Shown piece by piece: positions 17,188-27,547 of a stretch of DNA of 57,936 nt. The stretch lies in IMG/VR virus record IMGVR_UViG_3300037424_000596, positions 1 to 57,936 of that record; one strand, given 5' to 3'. The notes beneath the pieces were generated by a model. It was not told where the DNA came from. It was given only the letters and a program-made list of their open reading frames with translations, and did not search any database. The position numbers and the translations under genes were made by a program. Numbering within the stretch: the stretch's first letter is position 1; every line of letters starts with the position of its first letter. This DNA comes from a virus (lineage: Duplodnaviria; Caudoviricetes).

Positions 17188-17572
17188 GGCAGCATTGAGG
17201 GGGCCAAAAGAGGTCAGGCTTGAGCAGGCCGTGGAAAAACAGATTGAGGTCGATGGTGCCGCCGAAAAGCGTGAGCACCACAAAGGTTTGGTCTGGCTGG
17301 TCATTGAATTCTCGGCATCCGAGCCGCAACAGGACGAAACCGGGGCATTTGTGCCAGATGCCGCAAACCCAGGTAAATTGCTGCACCGGCCGAAGAAGGA
17401 TGGTTTGACGCCACTGTCCCCGCTGGATACCCCGGAATGGCTGAAAGACCCGGAAATCATCGACCGCTTGCGCAACGGCTTCGAGCTGAACCGCGCGCCG
17501 GCCGATGGCGGGCTGTGGTATCGCGGTAAGGTCTGTACCCCCAGCAAGAAACAGGAGGACGCACCGGTATGA
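17180..17572 (+). CDS. Hypothetical protein
   Basis: GAGG RBS before ATG 17180; tiles between its neighbours. Confidence 0.6.
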   Translation: MGEAALRGPKEVRLEQAVEKQIEVDGAAEKREHHKGLVWLVIEFSASEPQQDETGAFVPDAANPGKLLHRPKKDGLTPLSPLDTPEWLKDPEIIDRLRNGFELNRAPADGGLWYRGKVCTPSKKQEDAPV

Positions 17573-17898
17573 ACCGCATCGAAGATGATCTGCAGGAAGA
17601 TCCCGAAGCACTGGAAATCGCTGCCACGCTGTACGACAACCGCATGGTCGAAGCGCAGGCGCAACCTGTGAACTTGCGACTGCAACTCACCGAGGCCGAG
17701 CGCGGTAGCGGACTCTGGAAGAAAATCGAGGCTCAGCTACAGGTCAATCTGGCGACCTGCAGAGCCCTGAATGACGAAAACCTGAACCCCCTTGCAACTG
17801 CGGACCTTCGCGGTAAGATTGGGGCGCTGAAAGAATTTCTGCAGTTCGCTGAAGAGCCAACTGTAGAACATCCGGATACCCCCGACTTGGGCTACTGA
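17569..17898 (+). CDS. Head-region hypothetical protein
   Basis: Between portal and scaffold; LRGKIGALKEFL helix typical of this position. Confidence 0.65.
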   Translation: MNRIEDDLQEDPEALEIAATLYDNRMVEAQAQPVNLRLQLTEAERGSGLWKKIEAQLQVNLATCRALNDENLNPLATADLRGKIGALKEFLQFAEEPTVEHPDTPDLGY

Positions 17899-17983
17899 GC
17901 GGCGATACCCGGAGTGAACGCGAACGACGACGAAAGTGCGCCCTTCGCTTAGTGGGGGATAACCCCGAACGATTGAGGTAACG

Positions 17984-19018
17984 ATGACCGTGGAAAACCA
18001 GGACCAGCTCAAGCCAGACCAGAATGTGACACTTGGCGAAGATGGCAAGCCCATCAAACCAGTAACAGGGCAAGAAGGTGGAGCAGGCACTGATGATCCT
18101 GGATCTGAAGAAGCTGTAGGGCAGTTCTCGACTGGATTCAACCGCATTCGAGGCGAACACCAGGAACTTGGCGAAAAGCCAACCGGTGCAGCCGATGAAG
18201 GCGGGGCAGACAAAGGTAAGCAGGCCGGCAATGAACAGCAGGCAGGCCAAGAACCTGAGGCCGTGAAGACGCTCCAGAAGAGATTGCGCAAAGTCGAAGG
18301 TCAGTTTGGTGAAGTCAACAAGCGTCTGGGTGAAATTGCCAGCGCTATCCAGTCCAACAAGGCTGGCGATGCAACCGCCAAGCAAACCCAAGAACAGGCG
18401 CAGGCCACACTGCATAATCTTCAGGAGCTGGAGCAATCGGTAGGGCAGTTCAAAGAGCTGACCCCTTTCCTGGAAGAGCTGAAAAGCATCAGCAAGACGA
18501 TGGATGAGCTGAAGGCCGCACCGGCAACTAAGCAAACCCAGGATCAAGCTGCTCAGGCCAGCTTGGATGTGTCGGAGATTGCCCTGCAAGTGCAGCGCAA
18601 CCTGGAACACCCGAAATGGCAGGAAGAAACGCAAACCCCAGAATTCGTGGGATTCATGCTGCAAGGTGGCCCGAAGAAAGAAGTCTTCGACGCCTGGGCG
18701 CAGATGAATGCGGTGAATCCAGAGCAAGCTGCTGAAGTGGTTGAGGACTGGCAGATTGACCACCCGCAATGGTGGAAAACAATGGGTCAGCACTTGTTCA
18801 GCGAAAAGACCGCGGATCAACTGCACGTGCTGAACGCCTTCAAAGCCCACAAAGGGGCCAAGACACAAGGCGACCAGCAGCAGTCTCGTACCCAAAGACG
18901 TTTGGCTGGAGCGATGGACCCGAATACGGTCTCCGCCGACCCCCCGCAAGGCAAAAACGAGCAGGAGCAGTTTGCGTCGGGATTCAAGCGGGTAGCTGCA
19001 CAGCGGCAGCACAAGTAA
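17984..19018 (+). CDS. Capsid scaffolding protein
   Basis: Low-complexity N-terminus and coiled coil; directly upstream of the major capsid gene. Confidence 0.7.
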   Translation: MTVENQDQLKPDQNVTLGEDGKPIKPVTGQEGGAGTDDPGSEEAVGQFSTGFNRIRGEHQELGEKPTGAADEGGADKGKQAGNEQQAGQEPEAVKTLQKRLRKVEGQFGEVNKRLGEIASAIQSNKAGDATAKQTQEQAQATLHNLQELEQSVGQFKELTPFLEELKSISKTMDELKAAPATKQTQDQAAQASLDVSEIALQVQRNLEHPKWQEETQTPEFVGFMLQGGPKKEVFDAWAQMNAVNPEQAAEVVEDWQIDHPQWWKTMGQHLFSEKTADQLHVLNAFKAHKGAKTQGDQQQSRTQRRLAGAMDPNTVSADPPQGKNEQEQFASGFKRVAAQRQHK

Positions 19019-19073
19019 CGCTATACCTTGACGTAGCTCCTGAAAACAAACACTTGTTTATGGAGATACGCAC

Positions 19074-20114
19074 ATGGCCACTTTCGCCTATTCGTCCCAA
19101 CCGGGCCGTATTAACGAAGTAAAGGGTGAGATTCTTGCCCACGCTCAACCTGTTGAAGTTCTGTCGCACGGCTGCACCATGAAGCCGATGCCGCGCCGCC
19201 AGGGTGACAACATCACCTACCGCCGCTTCTTGCCGCGCGGCGCTACCACAACCAACGTGAACACTCAGAACCGCCCCAGCGTGTCCGCGGCTGACCATTT
19301 GGTGCAGGAAGGTGTCACACCCACGGCTGACTCACTGGTGCCGGTGGATGTTTCCACGACCCAGCAGCAGTACATGTGCCTGTACAGCTATACCAACAAG
19401 ACCGCCGAACTGTACGAAGACGACATCCCGGAAGAAATGAAGATCCAGGCTGGCGAGCGTATGGGCTTGGTCCGCGAAATGGTGCGCTACGGCTCCATGA
19501 AGGCCTGCACCAACGTGCTGTACTCCGGTGGCAGTGGCCGTGGTTCGGTCGATGAAGCGATCAGCTTGCGCGTACTGCGTCAGATGACCCGCACCTTGAA
19601 GGCCAACCACGCGCAGAAGAAACGCCGTATTCTTGCCCCCAGCGAGAACTACGAAACCTTCGCCATCGAAGCGGCCTATATCGTGTTCGTGCATACCGAT
19701 GCCGAGAGCGACATCCGCGACTTGCCCGGCTTTGTGCCGGTGGCCAAGTACGGCCAGCGTCAGCCCATCAGCGAAGAAGAAATCGGTTCTGTAGAAGAAT
19801 TCCGCTTCCTGACCTCTCCCGAGCTGGGCGCCTACACCAACCAGGGCGCAACGGCTGCGGGCACCGGTTTGCTTACCAGCTCTACACTGGTCGACGTGTA
19901 CCCGTTCATCGTCTGTGGTGAACAGGCCGTGTTCGACGTGGCGCTGCGCGGTATGGGCAGCTTCAACGTGAACCACATCCCGCACACCCAGCGCGATAAG
20001 TCTGACCCAGGCGGTCAGCGCGGTTACATCAGCTGCGACTTCTGGGCTGCGGTGCTGGTCGTGAACGGCGGCTGGATGGGTGTCATCGAGGCCGGTGTAA
20101 GCGACCTGGGCTAA
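19074..20114 (+). CDS. Major capsid protein, N4-gp56 family
   Basis: PMPRRQGDNITYRR, LVQEGVTP, DIRDLPGFVPVAKYG, EIGSVEEFRF, DKSDPGGQRG motifs. Confidence 0.92.
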   Translation: MATFAYSSQPGRINEVKGEILAHAQPVEVLSHGCTMKPMPRRQGDNITYRRFLPRGATTTNVNTQNRPSVSAADHLVQEGVTPTADSLVPVDVSTTQQQYMCLYSYTNKTAELYEDDIPEEMKIQAGERMGLVREMVRYGSMKACTNVLYSGGSGRGSVDEAISLRVLRQMTRTLKANHAQKKRRILAPSENYETFAIEAAYIVFVHTDAESDIRDLPGFVPVAKYGQRQPISEEEIGSVEEFRFLTSPELGAYTNQGATAAGTGLLTSSTLVDVYPFIVCGEQAVFDVALRGMGSFNVNHIPHTQRDKSDPGGQRGYISCDFWAAVLVVNGGWMGVIEAGVSDLG

Positions 20115-20191
20115 TCCTGAAAATTGCTGCTTTGAGGCCAAGGACGGCCCCTTTTCAGCCAAAACCATCACATTGATCGGAGAGCACGAAC

Positions 20192-20659
20192 ATGAGCTTT
20201 GACCTTCTCGCACAATCCGGCTTCACCGGCAGCTTCTCGAAAGCTGGTCTGGCCGAAGGCACTAACAGTGCCACTATCGCCATTGCTGCACCCAACGGTG
20301 CCGGCGTGGACTATGCCGTTAACGGTATTGCCTATCACAAGGCCGATACTGACAACATCGCCATGACCGCACTTCCTGTGCAGGCGGTATCTACTACCTG
20401 CCTGTATCTGGTGCAGATTGCCGGTGGCACAGTGTCCATCGTGAAAGGCAACGAAGTGCTGACAGCCAATCTCGGCATCGAGAACAACTGCCAGATCCCA
20501 ATGCCTGACGAAAACAACTGTCCGCTGGGCTACATCAAGGTAGAAACCAACGACAGCACCACCTTTACATCCGGCACCACTGACTTGGGTGCTGCTGGTA
20601 TTACAGATACTTACGTGGATTTTATGGGTGGCATTCCGACCAAACCTGTAAGCGCGTAA
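20192..20659 (+). CDS. Capsid-associated (decoration-like) protein
   Basis: Follows the major capsid gene, before a terminator; beta-rich composition. Confidence 0.6.
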   Translation: MSFDLLAQSGFTGSFSKAGLAEGTNSATIAIAAPNGAGVDYAVNGIAYHKADTDNIAMTALPVQAVSTTCLYLVQIAGGTVSIVKGNEVLTANLGIENNCQIPMPDENNCPLGYIKVETNDSTTFTSGTTDLGAAGITDTYVDFMGGIPTKPVSA

Positions 20660-20685
20660 CGCTGAAGCTGAAGGCATGAAAGAAC

Positions 20686-20714
20686 AAAAAGGGGTGGGCA
20701 ACTGCCCCTTTTTT
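20686..20714 (+). terminator. Rho-independent terminator
   Basis: AAAAA-GGGGTGG-GCAA-CTGCCCC-TTTTTT. Confidence 0.8.
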
Positions 20715-20741
20715 CCATGAAAACCATACCGGAGACTGACC

Positions 20742-21374
20742 ATGATCGACTTCAAACAAATTCGCAAACTGCAAATCTTCAACAAGCTGACCTTGATGAA
20801 GGAAGCCATTCTGGAGATCGTCAACCCAGACGGCTCCAAGTCCACCATCAGCCTGGCTGAACTGGCAACCCTGGACAATCCAGCTCTGCTTACCGAGGCT
20901 GGCGCTGGTATTACTAGCGGTACCGGCACAATTTACCGAAGCAGCGTGCGCAAGATCGGCGGCATCATCTACACCAACATCCTGCTGGATTTGACTGGGT
21001 TGTCATCGGCCACCGACGATCTGGATATCATCGGGATTGGTGCAGGCGCTGCACACCTTGGCCAGATCACTGCTGCGCAGAACGGCACAATTCTGGAAAT
21101 ACGCATGACTTGCCTGGAAGCACCGGTCAGCCTGACTGATATCGATTTGTATGCCGCCACTGAAGCGACCGGCGTGTTCGAAGCTGGCATTGGTACACTC
21201 ACCGATACCGCGCTGATTAACGCAGGTGGCGCCTGGACCAACGGCATGGTGAAGGGCGCCACCGCAGTGCCTGCAGCAAACCAGTACCTGTACCTGACCA
21301 ATGGCGCTGCCGATACAGCAGACCCATTCACTGCAGGCAAGTTCCTGATCGAACTGATCGGCTACGAAGCCTAA
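20742..21374 (+). CDS. Virion structural protein (head fibre/decoration-like)
   Basis: A/G/T-rich beta protein ending TAGKFLIELIGY; in the structural operon. Confidence 0.6.
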   Translation: MIDFKQIRKLQIFNKLTLMKEAILEIVNPDGSKSTISLAELATLDNPALLTEAGAGITSGTGTIYRSSVRKIGGIIYTNILLDLTGLSSATDDLDIIGIGAGAAHLGQITAAQNGTILEIRMTCLEAPVSLTDIDLYAATEATGVFEAGIGTLTDTALINAGGAWTNGMVKGATAVPAANQYLYLTNGAADTADPFTAGKFLIELIGYEA

Positions 21375-21442
21375 TAGCAACACCCGGCCTCAATCCTGGG
21401 GCCGGTATCCGCCCATTTTTGGCACATTAAACGGAGAGACTG

Positions 21443-22270
21443 ATGACAGCAAAACCAGCAACAAGATCGAAACCGGCACGCAGAGATACGTCAAAGCGTG
21501 AAGCGAACACCGGGAAAATTGCGCTCGACAAGGTAAGCCAGCTCGAAGGCCAGATAGGCCAGCTAGTAAACATGATGGCTGGCATGGCGCAGACAATAGA
21601 GACACTGAAAAGTCCATTGCCGGAAGCCGTGCAGCGTCACGACCCTACTGAGCAGATGGCGCGCCAGGTACTGCGCGAAACGTATGAAGAAGATGTGGAA
21701 GAGCGGCCAGAAAATGTGCTGCCAGACCACCTGAAAGCCTTCAAGCGCATGCAGGAAACCGGCTACACCGCCAAGAACAATCCGGTTCAGATCACACAAG
21801 CCCTTGTTGCTGAAGATCAGGAAATTGGCCAGGCACAAGCTCGCACCATGAGCTCGACCGGTGCAGCCAGAGAATCGCTGTCTCCAATCCGCAGTGTGGA
21901 TGACATCGAAATCGACGGCCGCGTTTACAGCAAGGACAAGCTGGAGTACGAAGCCTTCCTGCACGAACAGGTTTATGTGCGCGTTGCTGACACATCCGAT
22001 GTCACGATGACGCCGCTGCCGATGTCGTGCAATGGCGGCACGATGCAGTATTTTGTGCGCAACAAGCCCCAGTGGGTAAAGCGCAAGTTTCTGGAACCAC
22101 TGGCGCGCGCCAAGCGTCGCACCTACAAGCAGCAGATCGTCAAGGATGAGGAAGGCTTGGAATCAGTAGCCTACCTGCCGATAGACACGTTGCTGTACCC
22201 GTTTGAAGTGCTGCAGGACACGCCGAAGGGCAAGCAGTGGCTCAGGAACCTTCTGGCCCAAACCGCATAA
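21443..22270 (+). CDS. Conserved-looking phage hypothetical protein
   Basis: GGAG RBS; C-terminal WVKRKFLEPLARAK...YPFEVLQD..KGKQWL domain. Confidence 0.65.
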   Translation: MTAKPATRSKPARRDTSKREANTGKIALDKVSQLEGQIGQLVNMMAGMAQTIETLKSPLPEAVQRHDPTEQMARQVLRETYEEDVEERPENVLPDHLKAFKRMQETGYTAKNNPVQITQALVAEDQEIGQAQARTMSSTGAARESLSPIRSVDDIEIDGRVYSKDKLEYEAFLHEQVYVRVADTSDVTMTPLPMSCNGGTMQYFVRNKPQWVKRKFLEPLARAKRRTYKQQIVKDEEGLESVAYLPIDTLLYPFEVLQDTPKGKQWLRNLLAQTA

Positions 22271-22294
22271 CGACAACACCCCAGGAGGGTCACA

Positions 22295-22651
22295 ATGCCA
22301 AGTTTCAAGTATCCACCGCTGCGCAAGGATGACGGCAAAGATCGAGCCATCCCGATGTCGGACTCTGCAGGCGTATCGCAGTTCCCGGACAGGTATGACC
22401 GATCTGTGCGTATCGCTGTCACGCCAGAAATGCTGCAAGGTCTGCAGGTGGGCGATGAGGTGGAAGTGACCCTTCTGGCCAAGGTGGAAGGCCTCAGCTC
22501 CAACACCAATGATTCCGGCCTCAACCGCAACTTCCTCGAAGTGCAGGTGGATGAGGTCAAAACGTACCAGGCTCAGGCCGAGCGCGATCAGTCGGACTTC
22601 GGCGCCGGCTTCAGTCGCGGCCCAGCTCCAATCATGTCACGCCGTCGATAA
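22295..22651 (+). CDS. Capsid staple-like protein
   Basis: QVGDEVEVTLLAKVEGLS...LEVQV pattern; GGAGG RBS. Confidence 0.55.
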   Translation: MPSFKYPPLRKDDGKDRAIPMSDSAGVSQFPDRYDRSVRIAVTPEMLQGLQVGDEVEVTLLAKVEGLSSNTNDSGLNRNFLEVQVDEVKTYQAQAERDQSDFGAGFSRGPAPIMSRRR

Positions 22652-22662
22652 GGAGAACTGCA

Positions 22663-22950
22663 ATGCTGGTACACACCGCTGGTGAATTCAAATTTGTAGT
22701 GTTTGATCTGGCTACTGAAACACTCGAAGTAACAACCCATAAGTGCATCTTTCGCGGCATTCGGGTAAATGTATCGCCTGATGCTGATGTCGAAATCAAC
22801 AATGGCACGGCGCCTGCATTCCTGATCCCATCCGGGCAGGCTGTTGGCCCTGATCCGTTTTTCGATGTGACGATGCCTGCTGGCATTACGCTGGATGCCG
22901 GCGAAGGCGCTACCGGTGAAATCGTGTTCATCTTTGCGGAACTTCCCTGA
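22663..22950 (+). CDS. Small virion protein
   Basis: AGGAG RBS; beta-rich; structural context. Confidence 0.55.
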   Translation: MLVHTAGEFKFVVFDLATETLEVTTHKCIFRGIRVNVSPDADVEINNGTAPAFLIPSGQAVGPDPFFDVTMPAGITLDAGEGATGEIVFIFAELP

Positions 22951-23648
22951 TGTTCAAGGTGACCGGATTTTTCGGTAAGAGGCTTGGAGGGGGTGGGCCG
23001 GTGCCCAATCCATTGTGGGCTTACACTGTGTTTCAAACATCCTTCACTGGTGCTGATGGTGGCACCATATTTACCGACGAGACAGGGCGTCACAATATCG
23101 TTAGGCTTGGGACTAACGCGATGACAGAGACAGACCAGTTTGTGTCCTCTCCATCGTCGTTCCTGTCAAACAACAATTCAGGGCTACGCGCTGACGATAA
23201 CCAGTCTGACTTTTCCTTCGGCACGGGCGATTTCACTATTCAACTACGCGCCAGACCTGTCTCATTGACCGGGTATCTAGCCCTAATTCGCGCTAATTGG
23301 ACGCTCTTATGGCAGCGCGGAGTAAATGTTAGATTTCAGGGAACAACGGTGTCAGATGTCCTTTTAACGTCTTCTCCCGGAGACGCGGCTGTTAGCGTCA
23401 ACACGTGGGACTATTGGGAAGTTTCCAGAATAGGCACGACGCTATCGCTGTACCGAAACACCAACAGAATTGCGCAGGCGACCTCTGCGTTTGACTTCAA
23501 CACAAACTCGCCGCTCTTTATCGCTGACAACACTGGCGTGTGGTTTCCCGGTTACATCGATGATGTGCGTGTTTTGAAGGGGGTTGGGCTTAACAGTGCG
23601 GCAACAATTACAGTGCCGGACGCACCATTCCCCGGTGAATTCCTATGA
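22950..23648 (+). CDS. LamG/concanavalin A-like lectin domain protein
   Basis: FSFGTGDFTI, NTW......R.GTTLSLY, FPGYIDDVRVLKG, TVPDAPF. Confidence 0.8.
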   Translation: MFKVTGFFGKRLGGGGPVPNPLWAYTVFQTSFTGADGGTIFTDETGRHNIVRLGTNAMTETDQFVSSPSSFLSNNNSGLRADDNQSDFSFGTGDFTIQLRARPVSLTGYLALIRANWTLLWQRGVNVRFQGTTVSDVLLTSSPGDAAVSVNTWDYWEVSRIGTTLSLYRNTNRIAQATSAFDFNTNSPLFIADNTGVWFPGYIDDVRVLKGVGLNSAATITVPDAPFPGEFL

Positions 23649-23836
23649 ACGACCGCGCCCGCCGAGTCATTGACCAACAAGTAGCCCAGCTCACTGTGGC
23701 TATCCGTGGCACCCAGTCGCTGCCGGACAATCCAGACGATTTCAATCTGACCGTACAGGAAGAACAACAGCTGAGGAATGCCATTGCCATGATCCAAGCT
23801 GCAAGGGACGAACTGCGCAAGATCATGAACAACTAA
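23645..23836 (+). CDS. Hypothetical protein
   Basis: ATGA-coupled 63-aa helical ORF. Confidence 0.5.
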   Translation: MNDRARRVIDQQVAQLTVAIRGTQSLPDNPDDFNLTVQEEQQLRNAIAMIQAARDELRKIMNN

Positions 23837-23873
23837 GCAGCCACTAAGTAATCACTAAATATCGAGGCTTCGG

Positions 23874-24620
23874 ATGTGGACATTTCTAGAACTTTGTAAA
23901 TCACTGTGCGTTCAGGCGCAGATAGCTGGCGGCAAGAACGCCATCCAGACCACCGTGAATCAGGATGGGAAGCTGGCTCGGATCGTGGAGTACATCCAAG
24001 ATGCCCTGATCCAGATCGAAAACCGCTACCAGCATGCAGGTATGAATCTGCGCTATATGCGGCATACCGCACAGATCACCACTGTTTCAGGGACGCCGGC
24101 CTACGCATGGAACGCGGTTCAGGTTCTGGATACCGCGACATCGGCAGCGATACCGCGCTTTCAGGCTTGGTTGGCCAAGGACATGAGCGATGCACCGAAG
24201 TGCTACCTGCAGAGCGCTGGTGTTGGATCCGAAGGTAGGGTCATGTACCTGCCATGGAATGACTTCAAGAACATTTACCGACTTGGCAATCAGAACCCGG
24301 GGCAGCCCGCCCACATCACTATCGACCCGCAAAACCGCATCGTGCTCGGACCTACACCGGCCGACACATACATCATCACGCTGGATTATCTGATCGGCCC
24401 GCAGCTGCTGGGCGATGTCACTGAAGGCATTGACGAGGATACCCCACTGATGCCAGACCAGTTCCGCAAGGTCATCGTGTGGAAAGCGCTGTCTGACTAC
24501 GGCATGAACGAGAACGCACCGGAACTGGTAACCAAAGGTGAAGACAAGTTCGCCACCTGGATGGGCGATCTGGAAGCCAACCAGCTCGAAGACATGATGA
24601 TGGCAGACCCACTATGCTGA
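23874..24620 (+). CDS. Head-tail adaptor protein
   Basis: MxTFLELC N-terminus, GQP...LGPTP..Y, DTPLMPDQF..VIVWKA; upstream of the nozzle gene. Confidence 0.7.
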   Translation: MWTFLELCKSLCVQAQIAGGKNAIQTTVNQDGKLARIVEYIQDALIQIENRYQHAGMNLRYMRHTAQITTVSGTPAYAWNAVQVLDTATSAAIPRFQAWLAKDMSDAPKCYLQSAGVGSEGRVMYLPWNDFKNIYRLGNQNPGQPAHITIDPQNRIVLGPTPADTYIITLDYLIGPQLLGDVTEGIDEDTPLMPDQFRKVIVWKALSDYGMNENAPELVTKGEDKFATWMGDLEANQLEDMMMADPLC

Positions 24621-26704
24621 AACGCACCCCACTGGCACAGGCTGTTGTACAGCCGCGCATTGACTACATGCCCTTCGCTGGTGGCCTTGATCAAGTGACG
24701 CCACCGGTAGAAGTGCCTGCAGGCTTTGCGAGAGCTGCTGCCAACTGGGCTGTAGATATCAATGGCGGCTACTACCAGCCTGCCGGCTACGAGCGCTTTG
24801 ATGGCCAGCCAAGCCCGTCCAGTGCGCTGTTTGTCCGCATTCATATTGACGCCGTGGGTGACCTCGAAGTGGGAGATGACGTTGAGGGCGGCACATCATC
24901 GGCAACCGGAACGATCATAGCCATTAACGAAAGCTATGATGAAGCAAGCCCATTCATTGTGTTGGGCAATGTTGTCGGCACGTTCGAAGACGGTGAGGAT
25001 CTGGAAGTGTCGACGGTCGTGGAAGCCACCACTACCAGCATTCCGTACAGCGTAGGCCCAACGCTGCAGCTCACGGCACAGTATCGCAATCTGGCAGCTG
25101 ATTTGCTGCGCGCCGATATTGAGGCTGTGCCCGGCGAAAACCCAGTCAGGGGCGTCTTTCGATACACGGGCATCACATACGCCTGGCGCGACAATGTAGG
25201 CGAGACAGCCGCAGAACTTTATAAATCATCATCGTCAGGTTGGGTGAAAGTAGAGCTAGGCCTTGAACTGGCTTTTACCAGTGGAGGCACCTACGAGATT
25301 CTGGATGGCGATGTCATTACTGGCGCTACATCAGCCGCCACAGCTACTGTAACGCGGGTAGTGCTGCAATCCGGATCATGGGCTGCAGGCACTGCGGTAG
25401 GACGCCTGATCTTCGCCAGTAAGACCGGTAACTTTGCTGCCGAGAATCTGAATGTGGGAGCAAGCTTAGACGTGGCCACCATTGCAGGGAATGCTACTGC
25501 TATCGTGTGGCTCCCGGGAGGCCGCTTCGAAACGCGCATTGACAATCTGAGCGGTGCTGAAGGCACGCGACGTGTCTATGGCGTGGATGGCGTGAACAGC
25601 TGCTGGGAATTCGATGGCACCGTGTTCGTACCAATCCGCACCACCATGCCTGGCGATGCCCCGGAGCATCTTGAAATCTTCAAGAAGCACCTGTTCCTGG
25701 CCTTCGGCTCATCCATTCAGCACTCCGGTATCACCAGCCCGTACACCTTCAGCCCGATCTTTGGCGCGGAAGAAATAGCGGTCGGTGACAACTGCACCGG
25801 TATGCAGGTTCAGCCGGGATCACAGGGGACCATGGCCATCTTCTGCCGCAACACTACTTTCATGCTGTACGGCAGTTCTTCTGAAGACTGGAACCTGGTA
25901 CAGCTGAAGCGCGAAGTGGGCGCCTACGAGTACACGATTCAGGAGCTGGGACTGACCATGCTCTATGACGACAGGGGCATTGCCACACTGGAATCAACGG
26001 ATGCCTATGGCAACTTCAAAGGCAATTCGGTATCCCGCCTGGTGCAACCTTTCGTCAACACGCACCGCAGCACTGCCGTGGCCAGCTGCATCAGCCGCGA
26101 TCATAGCCAGTACCTGATCTTTTTCAGCGACAAGTCGGCCCTGTACATCACGGTCGACGGCAACAAGGTAGCCGGCATCATGCCGCAGGCCTTTGCCCAT
26201 GAGTTCACCTGTGTCAGCTCCCAAGAAGAATCAGACGGCACTGAAACGATTTTTATGGGCGGATCTGACGGGTTTGTATACCAACTGGAGCGCGGCACTT
26301 CGCATGATGGCGAGGCCATTCAGCGCAGGCTGGAAATTCACTATTTCCACGGCAAATCTCCGCGCATCCACAAGACCTTCAAGGATGTCAGTATTGAGGT
26401 CGGCGGCAATGGGTATGCCGAGGTTTGGTTTACCTACTTGCTGGCCTACAACCTGCCAGGCGTCCCACAACCCGGTACCACAATGTTCCAAACCTTGTTC
26501 AGCATTGCCTACTGGGATCAGTTCGTGTGGGATAATTTCATCTGGGACGGCATCACATTGAGCCCGATCACCAAAGACTTGGATGGGGATGGCGAAAACG
26601 TATCCCTGATCTTCTCCAGCAACAGCGACTACTTTGAACCGATCAAGTTCAGTGGTGCGCACATCCGCTACATACCGCGGCGGCAAATGAGGAACGAGCG
26701 ATGA
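24614..26704 (+). CDS. Tail nozzle / DNA stabilization protein
   Basis: 696-aa beta-propeller-like protein with FAGGLD start and WDQFVWDNFIWD near the C-terminus; follows the adaptor. Confidence 0.7.
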   Translation: MLKRTPLAQAVVQPRIDYMPFAGGLDQVTPPVEVPAGFARAAANWAVDINGGYYQPAGYERFDGQPSPSSALFVRIHIDAVGDLEVGDDVEGGTSSATGTIIAINESYDEASPFIVLGNVVGTFEDGEDLEVSTVVEATTTSIPYSVGPTLQLTAQYRNLAADLLRADIEAVPGENPVRGVFRYTGITYAWRDNVGETAAELYKSSSSGWVKVELGLELAFTSGGTYEILDGDVITGATSAATATVTRVVLQSGSWAAGTAVGRLIFASKTGNFAAENLNVGASLDVATIAGNATAIVWLPGGRFETRIDNLSGAEGTRRVYGVDGVNSCWEFDGTVFVPIRTTMPGDAPEHLEIFKKHLFLAFGSSIQHSGITSPYTFSPIFGAEEIAVGDNCTGMQVQPGSQGTMAIFCRNTTFMLYGSSSEDWNLVQLKREVGAYEYTIQELGLTMLYDDRGIATLESTDAYGNFKGNSVSRLVQPFVNTHRSTAVASCISRDHSQYLIFFSDKSALYITVDGNKVAGIMPQAFAHEFTCVSSQEESDGTETIFMGGSDGFVYQLERGTSHDGEAIQRRLEIHYFHGKSPRIHKTFKDVSIEVGGNGYAEVWFTYLLAYNLPGVPQPGTTMFQTLFSIAYWDQFVWDNFIWDGITLSPITKDLDGDGENVSLIFSSNSDYFEPIKFSGAHIRYIPRRQMRNER

Positions 26705-27534
26705 GCGACTGGTATGACGTTTCAGGAAATCCCGGTACCGGCGCAGAGGGGCGCAGCATTGATATTCGCGCAGAGTTTATTCTGGTGCAGACGGCCTTTG
26801 GAAAGCTGCCTGTATTAACCAGTCGCGCCAATCGTGCCGTGTTCGTGAATGCCAGCGGCACCGGCCTTGAATCCGTCACGGCTGAAACCGCCCTTACGCG
26901 CCTTGGCCTTGGGAACCTGGGCACTGCATTTGCAACAGAGCACAACAGCACTACAGGCATGCACCTACAGGTCACTTCTGAGTCTTTGGAAGAAGAGCCG
27001 ACCCTTGAATCCGGCCAAGGCGCCGTATTCATGATGGATCACTTGGGTCAGCCCGAGTGGTGGTTGAAGGTTGGGAGCAATGGCGCCATTCGCCTAACAG
27101 CCAATGGTGGGCAAGAGTTCAACATTTCTCTGACAGAAACGGCTGTGGAGTTTGCTGAAATTGTCGCGGAAGCCATGTCGAAAGCTGGCTACTTCAGAGG
27201 GCGCCTTGTCACTGTGGAGTACGAAGACGATGTTGGGACGGTAGACTGGAAGGCTGGCAGCGCCTTTGATCTTGGCACCCTGTCTGGCCCGGTCACTATC
27301 GACTTCACAAACCTTCCAGATCCGGAGAACGATGAGTGTCAGGTGGTTTGGGCGCGCGTCAACAACGCTGGTGGTGGAAACTCTATCAGCCTGTCCGCCC
27401 CCTTGGGTGTCACGATCAAAACACAAGACGGTGCAGCAGCAGCGCCATCAGGGGGAGAGGACATCATGGTCTGCTTCATGGATGGCAACGATGTGCTGTA
27501 CGTCGACTATCGGGCAGATTGGCTTGCCCCATAA
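26701..27534 (+). CDS. Tail fibre/spike protein
   Basis: N-terminal attachment-like IRAEFILVQTAFGKLP; position after the nozzle. Confidence 0.6.
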   Translation: MSDWYDVSGNPGTGAEGRSIDIRAEFILVQTAFGKLPVLTSRANRAVFVNASGTGLESVTAETALTRLGLGNLGTAFATEHNSTTGMHLQVTSESLEEEPTLESGQGAVFMMDHLGQPEWWLKVGSNGAIRLTANGGQEFNISLTETAVEFAEIVAEAMSKAGYFRGRLVTVEYEDDVGTVDWKAGSAFDLGTLSGPVTIDFTNLPDPENDECQVVWARVNNAGGGNSISLSAPLGVTIKTQDGAAAAPSGGEDIMVCFMDGNDVLYVDYRADWLAP

Positions 27535-27547
27535 AAGCGAGGCTCAA

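Noticed and set aside
15860-20929. Long minus-strand ORFs (365, 422, 293 and 253 aa) opposite portal, scaffold and capsid genes
   Set aside because: Antisense shadows of biased codon usage; no recognisable motifs.
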